Of a stretch of 64,000 bases of DNA, positions 49,551 through 60,077 are shown piece after piece. The notes beneath the pieces were generated by a model. It had not been told where the DNA came from, did no database searches, and worked only from the letters and a program-made list of their open reading frames with translations. The position numbers and the translations under genes were made by a program. Numbering within the stretch: position 1 is the first letter of the stretch; the number at the start of each line of letters is the position of its first letter. This DNA is from an uncultured Chloroflexia bacterium (GTDB taxonomy: Bacteria; Chloroflexota; Limnocylindria; QHBO01): the NCBI GenBank assembly GCA_963704115.1, contig CAVPGY010000001.1, positions 190,075 to 254,074 of the forward strand, in the 5' to 3' direction.

Positions 49551-50987
49551 ATGAGCACGAACAAGCTGCCCTCGCAGGCCGAGGACTTCCCCGCCTGGTA
49601 CGTCGAGGTCGTGAAGCGGGCGGAGCTCGCCGAGCATGGTCCGGCGAAGGGCTCGATGATCATCAAGCCCCACGGCTACGCGATCTGGGAGCTGACCCAG
49701 CGCGCGCTCGACGATCGGTTCAAGGCCACCGGCCACCAGAACCTCTACTTCCCGCTGCTCATCCCGATGAGCCTGCTCGAGAAGGAGGCCGCCCACGTCG
49801 AGGGCTTCGCCCCGCAGGTGGCAGTGGTGACCCGCGGTGGCGGTGAGGAGCTCGAGGAGCCGCTCGCCATCCGCCCGACGTCGGAGGCGATCATCTGGTC
49901 CACCTACAAGCGCTGGATCCAGAGCTACCGCGACCTGCCGCTGCTCTACAACCAATGGGGCAACGTGCTGCGCTGGGAGATGCGCACCCGGCTCTTCCTG
50001 CGGACCTCGGAGTTCCTCTGGCAGGAGGGCCACACGGCGCACGCCACCGCCGAGGAGGCGACAGCCGAGGCGCTGCAGATGCTCGAGGTGTACCGGCAGG
50101 TCAGCGAGGACGTTCTGGGCATTCCCGTCCACGCCGGGCGCAAATCGGCCGGCGAGCGATTTCCGGGCGCGGTGGAGACGTACTGCATCGAAGGGTTGAT
50201 GCGCGACGCCAAGGCCCTCCAGTGCGGCACCTCGCACTTCCTGGGGCAGAACTTCGCGAAGGCCTACGACGTCACCTTTCTCGACGCCGATGGCCGGCTG
50301 GATCACCCCTGGGCGACGTCGTGGGGCTTCAGCACCCGGATGGTGGGGGGAACGATCATGGCGAACGGCGACGACGCCGGCCTCCGGCTCCCGCCCGCGG
50401 TGGCGCCGATCCAGGTCGTGATCGTCCCCATCTTCCGCACCGATGACGAGCGCGCATCGGTCCTGTCGGTGGCGGAACGCCTCCGGGCGGACCTTGCCGC
50501 CGCCGGCATGCGCGTCCGCCTCGACGACCGCGACCAGCACCGGCCGGGCTACAAGTTCGCGGAGTGGGAGCTCAAGGGCGTTCCGGTGCGGATCGAGCTC
50601 GGGCCGCGCGACGTGGCCGCCGGCCACGCGATCCTCGCGAGCCGCCTGGGCGGCGAGAAGGAGCAGGTCCCATTGGCCGAGATCGCGTCCGGGATGGCGG
50701 CGCGGCTCGCATCGGTCCAGCGCGAGCTGTTCGCCGATGCGCTCGCCTATCGCGAGGCGAACACCCACGAGATCGCGTCGTTCGAGGCGTTCGCCGGCGG
50801 GGTCGAGGAGCAGGGCGGATTCTGGACCGGCGCATGGTGCGGCGACAGCGCCTGCGAGGCCGAGATCAGCGCGAAGACGAAGGCGTCGATCCGCTTCCTG
50901 CCGCTCGAGCCGCGGGATCCGGGCAGCGCCTGCGTGCACTGCGGCGCGCCGGGCACCGAGCTCGCCACCTGGGCCCGGGCCTACTGA
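49551..50987 (+). CDS. proS: Proline--tRNA ligase (archaeal/eukaryote type)
   Basis: FPAWY, HVEGFAP, IRPTSE, FLRTSEFLWQEGHT, GTSHFLGQNF, C-terminal Zn domain ending ARAY. Confidence 0.95.
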   Translation: MSTNKLPSQAEDFPAWYVEVVKRAELAEHGPAKGSMIIKPHGYAIWELTQRALDDRFKATGHQNLYFPLLIPMSLLEKEAAHVEGFAPQVAVVTRGGGEELEEPLAIRPTSEAIIWSTYKRWIQSYRDLPLLYNQWGNVLRWEMRTRLFLRTSEFLWQEGHTAHATAEEATAEALQMLEVYRQVSEDVLGIPVHAGRKSAGERFPGAVETYCIEGLMRDAKALQCGTSHFLGQNFAKAYDVTFLDADGRLDHPWATSWGFSTRMVGGTIMANGDDAGLRLPPAVAPIQVVIVPIFRTDDERASVLSVAERLRADLAAAGMRVRLDDRDQHRPGYKFAEWELKGVPVRIELGPRDVAAGHAILASRLGGEKEQVPLAEIASGMAARLASVQRELFADALAYREANTHEIASFEAFAGGVEEQGGFWTGAWCGDSACEAEISAKTKASIRFLPLEPRDPGSACVHCGAPGTELATWARAY

Positions 50988-51952
50988 TGGCGGAGCCCCA
51001 CATCGTCTCCATCGAGGAGATCCGAGCCGCCGCGGAACGGATCCGCGGCGTGGCGACCCGGACACCGCTGCTCCAGTGGGACGACACGACCTGGCTCAAG
51101 CCGGAGTCGCTGCAGCCGGTCGGGGCCTTCAAGATGCGCGGCGCGTTCAACAAGATCGCCTCGCTCTCCGACGATGAGCGGGCGCGCGGGGTCGTCACCT
51201 ACTCGTCGGGCAACCATGCGCAGGCCGTCGCGCGGGCTGCGCGGCTGCTCGGCGCGCACGCGGTCATCTGCATGCCGCGCGAGGCGCCGCGCATCAAGAT
51301 CGCCGGCGTCGAGCGAGACGGCGCGGAGATCGCCTTCACGGGGAACGACTCGGAGGAGCGACATCAGCTGGCGCTCCGGCTGGTGGAGGAGCGCGGCCTC
51401 GTCATGGTCGAGCCATACGACGACCCGGCGATCATCGCGGGGCAGGGGACCTGCGGTCTCGAGATCGTCGAGGACCTCCCGAACCTGACGAGCGTGCTGA
51501 TCCCCACGTCCGGGGGTGGCCTGTCGGCAGGTGTCGCAACCGCGGTGAAGGCGCTGGCGCCGGAAGCCCGCGTGATCGGGGTGGAACCGGAGCTGGCGGC
51601 CGATGCCAAGGAGTCGCTCGAGCGCGGCGAGATGGTCACCTGGACTGCCGAGGAGACGGGTCGCACCATGGCCGACGGCCTGCGCACGAACTCGCTCGGA
51701 CCCCTCCCGTTCGAGCACCTGCGCCGGTACATGGACGAGATCGTCACCGTGTCCGAGGACGGTATGGCCGATGCCATGCGCCAGCTCGCGTCGCGCGCCC
51801 GCCTGGTCGTGGAGCCGTCAGGCGCGGCTGCGATGGGCGCCCACCTGGCCGGCTCCGTGCCGCGCGACGAGGGTGACGACGCTCGGGTCATCGTGATCAG
51901 CGGCGGCAACGTGGACCCGGAGCTTTATCTCCGCATCCTCGCCGGTGCCTGA
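50987..51952 (+). CDS. Threonine/serine dehydratase (PLP fold II)
   Basis: KPESLQ..GAFKMRGA, SSGNHAQ, GQGT, GGGL, VEPSGA, SGGN. Confidence 0.9.
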   Translation: MAEPHIVSIEEIRAAAERIRGVATRTPLLQWDDTTWLKPESLQPVGAFKMRGAFNKIASLSDDERARGVVTYSSGNHAQAVARAARLLGAHAVICMPREAPRIKIAGVERDGAEIAFTGNDSEERHQLALRLVEERGLVMVEPYDDPAIIAGQGTCGLEIVEDLPNLTSVLIPTSGGGLSAGVATAVKALAPEARVIGVEPELAADAKESLERGEMVTWTAEETGRTMADGLRTNSLGPLPFEHLRRYMDEIVTVSEDGMADAMRQLASRARLVVEPSGAAAMGAHLAGSVPRDEGDDARVIVISGGNVDPELYLRILAGA

Positions 51953-52148
51953 GCGTCCCGACTCGACATCTGCTTGCTGGGCGACACGTTAGTCCGAACC
52001 TGGGAAGGAGACGCGCGCGGTGTGAGCGTGGGCTCCCACGATAGGTGCCCCATTCCCCGGATAGCGCTTCCGCACGCGGATGAACTTCGAGTCAGAGCGG
52101 TTCGAGTGGAACCCTGCCAGTGGCGGTGCCGGTTTCGAGTCGAGGCGT
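51953..52148 (+). ncRNA. ssrS: 6S (SsrS)-like RNA
   Basis: About 196-nt intergenic rod: CGACTCGA/TCGAGTCG closing stem, GU-containing stem, unpaired central bubble, then CGAACC (51995-52000) / GGTTCG (52099-52104); GU pairs favour the + strand. Confidence 0.55.
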
Positions 52149-52155
52149 CCTTGGC

Positions 52156-53494
52156 TCAGCCGCCGCGGAGAATCTCCAGCGCCTCGTCCAGCTGCGGGTC
52201 CGCGTCGGAGTCGGCCTCCTCGGGCGCCTCGACCAGCACATCGGGCTGGATGCCACCGGGCGCGACGGAGTTGTGGTTCGGCGTGAACCAGCGGTCGGTG
52301 GTGAGCCGCAGGCCGCCGCCGTTCGGAAGGTCGTTCCAGATCTGGACCGTGTTCTTGCCGAATGTCGGCTGCCCGACGATGGTGGCGCGCCCGTACTCCT
52401 GGAGCGCCGCCGCCACGATCTCGGACGCCGATGCCGATCCGCCATCGACCAGCACCACGACGCGGATCGCATCGGTCTGGGCCACGCCGGACTCCGCGCG
52501 CCATTCCTGGACGTCCTCGCCGGACTCGACGGTGAAGAGGAGCTCGCCCTCGGGAATGAACTGCGAGGCCACTCCCTGCGCCGCGACGATGTAGCCCCCC
52601 GGGTTCGAGCGGAGGTCGAACACGATCCCGCTGGCGCCCTGATCGATGAGCGACGCGACCGCATCGCGGAAGAGGCTGGTGGCCCGATCGGTGAACGAGG
52701 TGAGCCGCACGTAGCCGATGCCGGCCTCGAGGAGCTCCGCGTTGACCTCGCGCAGCTCGATGACGGCGCGGGTGATCGTGATGTCGAGCTCGGTATCGCC
52801 GCGCCGGATCGTGAGGGTCACGTCGGTGCCGGCCTCGCCGCGCACCTCGTAGACGAGGGAGCTGAGCGTCTCCCCCAGGGTGGAGGTGCCGTCCACCGCC
52901 AGCACCTGGTCGCCCGGGCGCAGGCCCGCCTGCTCCGCCGGGGAGTCGTCGAGCGGCGCCACGATGACCATGGCACAGGTGTCGGTCACCACCGTGCACG
53001 AGGCGAGATCGTCCGGTTCAGCCAGGTTCTCCATGCCGACTTCGGCGCCGATGCCGCTGAAGCTGCCGGACAGGTCGTCGAGCGCCGAGCCGTACTGGTC
53101 GGGGGTCAGGTACCCGGAGTACGGGTCCTCGAGCCCGTACTCGATCATGCCGCGCACCGCCCCGTCGACGAGATCGGAGTCGCTGATCTCGTCGACGTAG
53201 TCACCCTTGATGTCGGCGTACGATCTCGCACAGGACGGCGAAGGCCTCCGATGGCGCCGTGCAGGTCAGCGTCTCCAGCACGGGGGTCGGCCCGGGCGTC
53301 GCCTCCGGCGTCGCCACGTCGGACGGCACGCCGACCGACGGCTCCGCGGTACCCGATGGCGCGCCGCCGACGCCGTTCGGCCCAGCGACGGCCAGGCCGG
53401 CCACGAACGCGGCGGCGCCGAACAGGAGGATGACGGCGACGAGGATGATCGCGCTCGCGGCGGACGAGCGTCGGGGGGACGTGCTGGCGGTCAT
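52156..53494 (-). CDS. S41 carboxyl-terminal processing protease (CtpA) with PDZ, frameshift near 53221
   Basis: TM anchor; DPYSGY, GIGA, DLRSNPGG, SASASEI, TFGK, GIQPD. Confidence 0.88.
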
Positions 53495-53564
53495 GCTGAG
53501 CAACCTGCGTGCGGAGTGGCGCGGACCGGCATTCTCGCCCGAATCCGCCCGGTGCGCTTGACGC

Positions 53565-54384
53565 CTAGCCTCGGACGGCGCGCAGCCCCAGGAAGATCGG
53601 GATCTCAGCGTTGGCGCGCGCGTCGCCGCGCGGGACCTTGCCCGGACGGCGATCCGGAGGCAGGTCGGGTAGCTCGAGCATGGCATCGGTCACGAACCCG
53701 GCATCGGCCAGCGCGTTGACGTAGGCGCTGATCGGCCGGTGGAAGCTGCGGGTCGGCAGGCCGCCGCCCAGCGACTTCATCGGCACCGCCATCTCCGCCA
53801 GGTAGCCGTCGACGCGCCGGTAGGTGAGCTTGCGGCCCTCGTCGTACCCCCAGCCGGAGTGCCGCGGCTGCCGGAAGGCGGGATGGGTCATCAGCAGCAC
53901 GACGCGCGCGGTGGGACACAGCGCCCAGTCGAGCGCCGCGCATCACGTCCTCGAGCGGATCCATGTCCTGGATGCAGAGCAGGAGCGTCGCGGCATCATG
54001 GCTGGCAGGCTCCAGGCCCGCCACCGCCGGGAGACGCCGCGCGTCGCCCACGACGAATCGCGCACCGCGCAGCCGGCCGTGGCGTCGCTTCGCGGCGGCG
54101 ATCAGCTTGGCCGAGGCGTCGACGACCGTCACCCGCGCGCCCGCCTCGACGAGATACGGTGCCAGGACGCCCTGCCCGCCACCGACGTCCAGGACCTCCT
54201 CGCCGGGCTCGGGCCGAAGCAGGTCGAGCGTGGCGGGGATGGCGAGCTGGCGGTGATACGCCGATCCGTGGTCGCCCACCCAGCCGTCGTACCAGGTCGC
54301 GACCCGTTCCCAGCTCGTCTCGCGGCGCGCGCCGCTCTGCGCACCCCCGGTCGGGCCGCGGCGCGGAGATCGGCTGCTGGTCAT
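53565..54384 (-). CDS. Class I SAM-dependent methyltransferase, frameshift near 53935
   Basis: SWERVATWYD, VLDVGGGQG, then THPAFR, FHRPIS, IPIFL in the second frame. Confidence 0.8.
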
Positions 54385-54541
54385 GCCGTCAAGTATGTCG
54401 CGGCGGGCCGGACGGATGCTCGGCCCGCTCGGCGGCGGACGGGCCTCCGCCACGAGCCGATCGCGTCCCTGATCAGGAGCCCGCGTCCTCCACCGCGGCG
54501 CTCGTGGCGTTGGCCGTGCTGACGGCGCCGATGCACGGTCG

Positions 54542-55735
54542 CTAGGGCTCGGAGCGCGGCGCGTCGGGGACGCGGGCCAGCACGAGCGCGGCGACGATGG
54601 CCACGCCGACACCCATGAGGCCGATCACGCCGAACCCGAGGCCGAAGCCGCCGACGTCGGCGAGGCCGCCGGCGATGAATGGACCGATCCCGAGCCCCGC
54701 CGAGAGTGACGTTCCATACCCGCCCAGGCCGGTGGCCCGCAGCTCGGGCCGGGCGACCGCGCTGATCGTCACCTGCACCATCATCAGCGTGAAGGCGAGC
54801 ATCACCACGCCGCCGACCAGGATGACGACGATGACCGGCACGGCGTCCTGGAAGCCGAGCGCGGCCATCATCAGTCCGTAGCCGCCCGCCGTGAGCGCCG
54901 CCACCACCGGGGGGATGCGTCGACGGTCGATGAGCCGGCCGAGCGGCACCCGGGACGCGCCGTTCGCCAGCGACTGGCTGGCGAGAATGAGGCCCACGGT
55001 GCCGGCCGCGAGGCCGATTCCCGTCCCGTACAGGGGAAACAGCCCGCCGATCGCGCCCCAGGGCAGCCCGATCGCCAGGGCCGCGATCCAGGTCCCCACG
55101 ATCTGCCGCTGTCGCGCGACCGCGCCGATCATCCCCGGGAGGTTCGCAAGCCGCAGGTGACGCCGGACGCTGCCCGGCAGGTACAGTGATGCGAGGGCCG
55201 CGGCGACGCTGATGGCGACTGCAGCGAGGTAGGTCGGCCCGGGACCCGCAGCGTCCCACATCAGTCCGCCGATCGCCGGGCCCGAGGCGACACCGGAATG
55301 GGTGAACAGCGTCATCCAGCCGAACGCGCTGCCGCGGGACGACTCGGGCGCGCTCACTGCCACGTACGCGCCGGTCGAGGGAAAGAAGAGCGAGGCGGCC
55401 AGCCCCGACAGCACGGCCCAGGCGTAGAACGGGACGCGGTCGCCGGTGGGGATGGCGAGGAGCGGCAAGAGGTTCACGAGCGCGTTCACGGAGGTCGCGA
55501 TCAGCATCGCGCGGCGCGTGCCCCAGGCATCGATCACGGCACCGAACGGCAGTTGGAGGAACGCCGACAGCCCGAACCGGATGGCCGCCAGTGCCCCGGC
55601 CTCCGCCAACGAGCCGCCCAGCAGGATCACGTGCAGCGGCACGGCGATCGCGGCGGCCCAGCTGCCGGTCATGAACGTGTAGGTGGCGAGGTAGGCCGGC
55701 CACAGGCGCGGCCGCGGCGGGGTGGGCGGGGTCAC
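54542..55735 (-). CDS. MFS transporter
   Basis: About 12 TM helices; GAVIDAWGTRR and GRLIDRRR motifs. Confidence 0.85.
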   Translation of the reverse strand: MTPPTPPRPRLWPAYLATYTFMTGSWAAAIAVPLHVILLGGSLAEAGALAAIRFGLSAFLQLPFGAVIDAWGTRRAMLIATSVNALVNLLPLLAIPTGDRVPFYAWAVLSGLAASLFFPSTGAYVAVSAPESSRGSAFGWMTLFTHSGVASGPAIGGLMWDAAGPGPTYLAAVAISVAAALASLYLPGSVRRHLRLANLPGMIGAVARQRQIVGTWIAALAIGLPWGAIGGLFPLYGTGIGLAAGTVGLILASQSLANGASRVPLGRLIDRRRIPPVVAALTAGGYGLMMAALGFQDAVPVIVVILVGGVVMLAFTLMMVQVTISAVARPELRATGLGGYGTSLSAGLGIGPFIAGGLADVGGFGLGFGVIGLMGVGVAIVAALVLARVPDAPRSEP

Positions 55736-55762
55736 GCCGCTTCGCAGGCTGGCATCGGCGAC

Positions 55763-56845
55763 TCAGCCGGCGAGGCCGTCGCGCAGGCCACCAAGGAAGG
55801 CGACCGCATTGGCACCGAGCGCGTCCACGGCGTACCCGCCCTCCTGCAGGGCGACGACCGATGACCCCAGCGACGCGATTGACGCGCCGATGCGGGCGTA
55901 GTCATCGGTGACCAGCGAGAGGTTGCAGATCGGGTCGGCGTGGTAGGTGTCGAAGCCGAGCGAGAGCACCAGGGGTGCATCGGCATCGAAGGCCTCGATC
56001 GCTTCCAGACCCTCGCGCAGCGCGCCGAGGTATCCGTCGCCATCGGTCCCGGGTGGCAGCGGCAGGTTCAGGGTCGTCCCCTCCCCGTCGCCGGCCCCGT
56101 GCTCGGTGGCGTAGCCCGAGTAATAGGGATAGATGCCGCGCGGATCGCCGTGGAGGCTGACGTAGAGGACCTCGCCGCGGTCCCAGAAGATCTGCTGCGT
56201 CCCGTTGCCGTGGTGGAAGTCGACGTCCAGGATCGCGACGCGCTCCGCGCCGCGCGACAGCAGCGACTCCGCCACGATCGCCGCGTTGTTGTAGAAGCAG
56301 TAGCCGCCGATGAGGTTCCTGCCCGCGTGGTGCCCGGGAGGACGGCACAGGCCGTAGGCGAGGCGCGCACCGCCCTCGAGCACGCGGTCGAGCGCCGTCA
56401 GGCCGATGTCCACTGCCGCACGGGCGGCCGTCGCCGTGCCGGCCACGATCGGGGTGGCGGTGTCGAAGCAGTACGCTCCAAGGCGGTGGTGGCGGCCGAC
56501 CGGGAGCTGCTCGAGCGCCATCCGCGCCGCGTACTCGCGGAGCAGGAACGTATCGGGCAGGAGCGATCGTGCGGGATCGTGACCGTCGGCGACCGCGTCG
56601 GCCCAGACGCCCTCGACGAGATCGATCAGCTCCAGCTCGTGGACGGCCGCGATCGGGTCCGGACCGTGGTCCTCCGGCGCCTCGAGGGCGTAGTCGCCAG
56701 TCGCCAGCAACGCATCGCGGATGACGATCGCGCGCTCCGGCGACTCGAAGCACGGGATCTCCTTGCCGGCATACAGCTCGACGAGGCCGGCATGGCCGAG
56801 GTGGGCATCGGACGCGATGAGGGGGGTCGGAGGCTGGAGTGACAT
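55763..56845 (-). CDS. Histone deacetylase family protein (acetylpolyamine amidohydrolase-like)
   Basis: ESPER, RPPGHHA, GYCFYNN, DVDFHHGNGTQ, SLGFD, QEGGY. Confidence 0.9.
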   Translation of the reverse strand: MSLQPPTPLIASDAHLGHAGLVELYAGKEIPCFESPERAIVIRDALLATGDYALEAPEDHGPDPIAAVHELELIDLVEGVWADAVADGHDPARSLLPDTFLLREYAARMALEQLPVGRHHRLGAYCFDTATPIVAGTATAARAAVDIGLTALDRVLEGGARLAYGLCRPPGHHAGRNLIGGYCFYNNAAIVAESLLSRGAERVAILDVDFHHGNGTQQIFWDRGEVLYVSLHGDPRGIYPYYSGYATEHGAGDGEGTTLNLPLPPGTDGDGYLGALREGLEAIEAFDADAPLVLSLGFDTYHADPICNLSLVTDDYARIGASIASLGSSVVALQEGGYAVDALGANAVAFLGGLRDGLAG

Positions 56846-56887
56846 TGCGCAGCGAGTCTATCGCCCGCCCGCCTAGACTTGGTGGCG

Positions 56888-57877
56888 ATGAAGATCGCCC
56901 ATATCAGGGAGCTCGGCGCTCCCGCCGGAACGGGGTGGCGGCTCGCCGTCGCCGTGGACGCCGACGGCACGCGCTGGCTCGACCTCGATGCCGCGCGCCG
57001 CGCGCTGGTGGCGGCGCAGCCTGCGCGAGCCCACAACAGCGCCCTCTTCCGCCAACCGATCACGACCCTCGACGCGCACCTCGCCGCGGGACTCCGCGTG
57101 GACGCGCTCGGCGACCTGCTCGAGGCGGAACCTGACGATCCGATGGAGGCATCTGCCCTCCAGTTCGGGCCGCCTATCCTCTCGCCGCCGTCGCTCCGCG
57201 ACTTCTACGCCTTCGAGCAGCACGTCGGAACGATGTGGAAGCGGCGCGACATGCAGATTCCGGAGGCCTGGTACCGACTACCGGTCTTCTACTTCAGCAA
57301 CGTCTCCGAGATCCGCGGCCCCGGCGACCCGGTCTGGGCGCCGCGCGGCTCCACCGAGCTCGACTACGAGCTCGAGGTGGCGGCGCTCGTGGACACGCCG
57401 GTGCGCGACCTGGACGCGCATCGCGGCGAGGAGGCGATCGGCGGCTACCTCATCCTCAACGACTGGTCCGCCCGCGACCTCCAGCGGGAGGAGACCACCG
57501 TCCGGTTGGGGCCGGCGAAAGGCAAGGACTTCGCCTCCTCCATCGGCCCGTGGCTCGTCACGCCCGATGAGCTGGCCGACGCCCGCGATGAGAAGGGCTA
57601 CAAACTTGCAATGACCGCGAGCGTGAACGGACAGGAGCTCTCGCGCGGATGGTGGGCCAGCGCGCACTTCAGCTTCGGCGAGATGGTCGAACGCGCCTCG
57701 GCCGACGTGCGGCTGCGGCCCGGTGACCTGCTCGGCTCCGGGACCGTGGGGACGGGATGCCTGCTCGAGATCCGTGACGAGCGCCTGGGCCGCTACCTGG
57801 AGCCCGGCGACACAGTGACCCTGGCGGTCGAGCGCCTCGGCGAGCTGACCACGCAGGTCGTGGAGCGGCCCGCATGA
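56888..57877 (+). CDS. Fumarylacetoacetate hydrolase family protein
   Basis: RDFYAFEQH, FYFSN, DYELE, NDWSARD, KGKDF, GSGT. Confidence 0.88.
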   Translation: MKIAHIRELGAPAGTGWRLAVAVDADGTRWLDLDAARRALVAAQPARAHNSALFRQPITTLDAHLAAGLRVDALGDLLEAEPDDPMEASALQFGPPILSPPSLRDFYAFEQHVGTMWKRRDMQIPEAWYRLPVFYFSNVSEIRGPGDPVWAPRGSTELDYELEVAALVDTPVRDLDAHRGEEAIGGYLILNDWSARDLQREETTVRLGPAKGKDFASSIGPWLVTPDELADARDEKGYKLAMTASVNGQELSRGWWASAHFSFGEMVERASADVRLRPGDLLGSGTVGTGCLLEIRDERLGRYLEPGDTVTLAVERLGELTTQVVERPA

Positions 57878-58383
57878 GCTCCTCCGTCGACGCCCTCGTC
57901 GCTCGTCTCGCCGATGCCGAGCGCCGCCTCGCGGAGCACGCCGCCGCCCCACTTCCCGAGGGCCTGGCCGATCCTGACCCGGGCGCCGAGGAACGGTGGG
58001 AGGCCGGCCAGATCTGGGCTCACGTCGCCGAGTTCCCGACCTATTGGCTCGCCCAGGCCGAGCGGGTGATCGCCCGTCCGACCCAGCCGCCGGTGCCGTT
58101 CGGACGGGTCAAGACCGATGTCGGCCGCATCGAGGCCATCGAGCGCGACCGCCATACCGACCCCGCCGCGCTCCTCGAGCGGGTCCGCGGCTCGCTCGCG
58201 GAGGTGACCGACGCCGCGCGAATGTGGGATCCGGCGACCTGGCGGCTGCGCGGGATGCACCCGACGATGGGCGAGATGACGCTCGAGCGGCTTGTCGAAG
58301 TGTTCATCGTCGATCACCTTGAGGAGCATGCCGACCAGCTCGACGCCCTCGCTGCGGGCGGGGGCGATCCCCCGGCCGCGTAG
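57874..58383 (+). CDS. DinB/YfiT-fold protein
   Basis: W..GQI.AH and HPTMG..DHLEEH metal-triad pattern; ATGA overlap with the FAH gene. Confidence 0.75.
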   Translation: MSSSVDALVARLADAERRLAEHAAAPLPEGLADPDPGAEERWEAGQIWAHVAEFPTYWLAQAERVIARPTQPPVPFGRVKTDVGRIEAIERDRHTDPAALLERVRGSLAEVTDAARMWDPATWRLRGMHPTMGEMTLERLVEVFIVDHLEEHADQLDALAAGGGDPPAA

Positions 58384-58472
58384 CCTCGGCGTTCTTGGCA
58401 CGACGCGTGATCTACCCTCGGGGTGGCCACTCGGCGCTGACGCGCAGCGACGGGTGACGGGAGCGCAGAGGA

Positions 58473-59650
58473 GTGGAGATGTCAGAGGGCAGCCGGTCGC
58501 CCGGCGAGTTCGTCGATCTGCCGGGTGTGCGGGGTGAGGTCGCCTTCCGGCTGCTCGTCGAAGCGGTCCAGGACTACGCGATCTTCCTGCTCGCTCCGGA
58601 CGGACGGATCCTCACCTGGAACCTCGGGGCGCAGCGCATCAAGGGCTACACCGCGGACGAGATCATCGGGCAGCACTTCTCCCGGTTCTACACGCCCGAG
58701 GACCGCGAGGCCGGACGGCCGGCGACGCTGCTCGGGTGGGCGGCCGAGTACGGCCGGTACGAGGACGAGGGGTGGCGCGTCCGCAAGGACGGGACTCGAT
58801 TCTGGGCTGACGTGATCCTCACCGCCCTGCGCGACGAGTCTGGCGCGCCGTACGCCTTCGCGAAGATCACCAGGGACCTGACCGAGCGCCGCGCCGCCGA
58901 GGAGCGAGAGCGCGCGCTGCTCGTGGAGCGTGAGGCGCGGTCAGCGGCGGAGGAGGCGCTCCGTACGCGGGATCGGTTCCTGAGCATCGCCTCGCACGAG
59001 CTCAAGACGCCGGCCGCCAGCTTGTCGCTGACCGTGGAGAGCCTCCAGCGCGCGCGCGACGGCGGCCGCCTGGACGCCGAGCGTCTGTCGGCCGGCCTGG
59101 CTCGGCTCGCCACGGCGACCAACCGGCTCGGTCTGCTCGTGGATGAGCTGCTCGACGTGTCGCGGCTCACCGCCGGTCGCATGGACTTCCGGGACGAGCC
59201 ACTGGACCTCGCGGCGCTGACGCGCGACGTGATCGACCGGTTCACCGCGGCCGACGAGCGACCGCGGATCCACCTGGCGGGGAGCGCCGTGGCCTGGGTC
59301 TCGGGCGACGCCGTCGCGCCTGGACCAGGTGGTCACCAACCTGATCGACAACGCGGTGAAGTACTCCGATGCCGATGCGCCGGTCGAGGTCGAGGTCGCC
59401 GAGGCCGACGGCGGCGTGACCCTGGCCGTGCGCGACCGCGGCTTCGGCCTGGACGAGGAGGCATCGGCCCGCCTCTTCGAGGCCTTCGGCCGCGGCCTGA
59501 ACGCCGAGCACATCCCCGGGCTCGGTCTCGGGCTCTTCATCTCGCACCAGATCGTGGAACGCCACGGCGGTCGGATCGACGCCCGCGGCAGGTCGGACGG
59601 CCGCGGCTCCGAGTTCACGCTCTGGCTACCCGGCGGGGCGGCCAGCATGA
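58473..59650 (+). CDS. PAS-domain sensor histidine kinase, frameshift near 59312
   Basis: DYAIFLL..WNLGAQRIKGY..RKDGTRFWA PAS; ASHELKTP; NLIDNAVKY, DRGFG, GLGLGL. Confidence 0.85.
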
Positions 59651-60042
59651 CGGCGCCGGGCAGGATCCTGGTCGTCGAGGACGACGAGTCCCTGCGCGAG
59701 GCGCTGCTCGAGGTGCTCGGCGACGAGGGCCACGAGGTCCGGGCGGCCAAGCACGGTGCCGACGCGCTCGAGGCGCTCGACGGGTGGGAGCCCGAGCTCC
59801 TCGTGCTCGACCTGATGATGCCGGTCATGGACGCCTTCGAGTTCCGTGAGCATCAGCGCCGGCGGGAGGCCGCGCTCGGGGCGCGCGTCCTCGTCCTGTC
59901 GGCCGCGCGCGACCTGGGCGGCGCCGCCGACCGGCTGGGTGCCGATGCGTACCTCGCCAAGCCATTCCGCCTCGACGAGATGCTGTCGCTGGTCGATCGC
60001 CTGCTGGACGACCATCGAGCCGGAGACGCCGCTGGGCGATAA
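59647..60042 (+). CDS. Response regulator receiver domain (separate gene or C-terminus of a hybrid kinase)
   Basis: ILVVEDD, LDLMMP, LAKPF; ATG at 59647 is in frame with the upstream HATPase. Confidence 0.8.
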   Translation: MTAPGRILVVEDDESLREALLEVLGDEGHEVRAAKHGADALEALDGWEPELLVLDLMMPVMDAFEFREHQRRREAALGARVLVLSAARDLGGAADRLGADAYLAKPFRLDEMLSLVDRLLDDHRAGDAAGR

Positions 60043-60077
60043 TGCTCGTCCATCGAAGCGGAGGACGATCGGCCAGC

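Noticed and set aside
51953-52148. SRP RNA or tmRNA
   Set aside because: No SRP helix-8 motif (CAGG..GGAA..AGCAG) and no tRNA-like ends or tag ORF; the architecture fits 6S better
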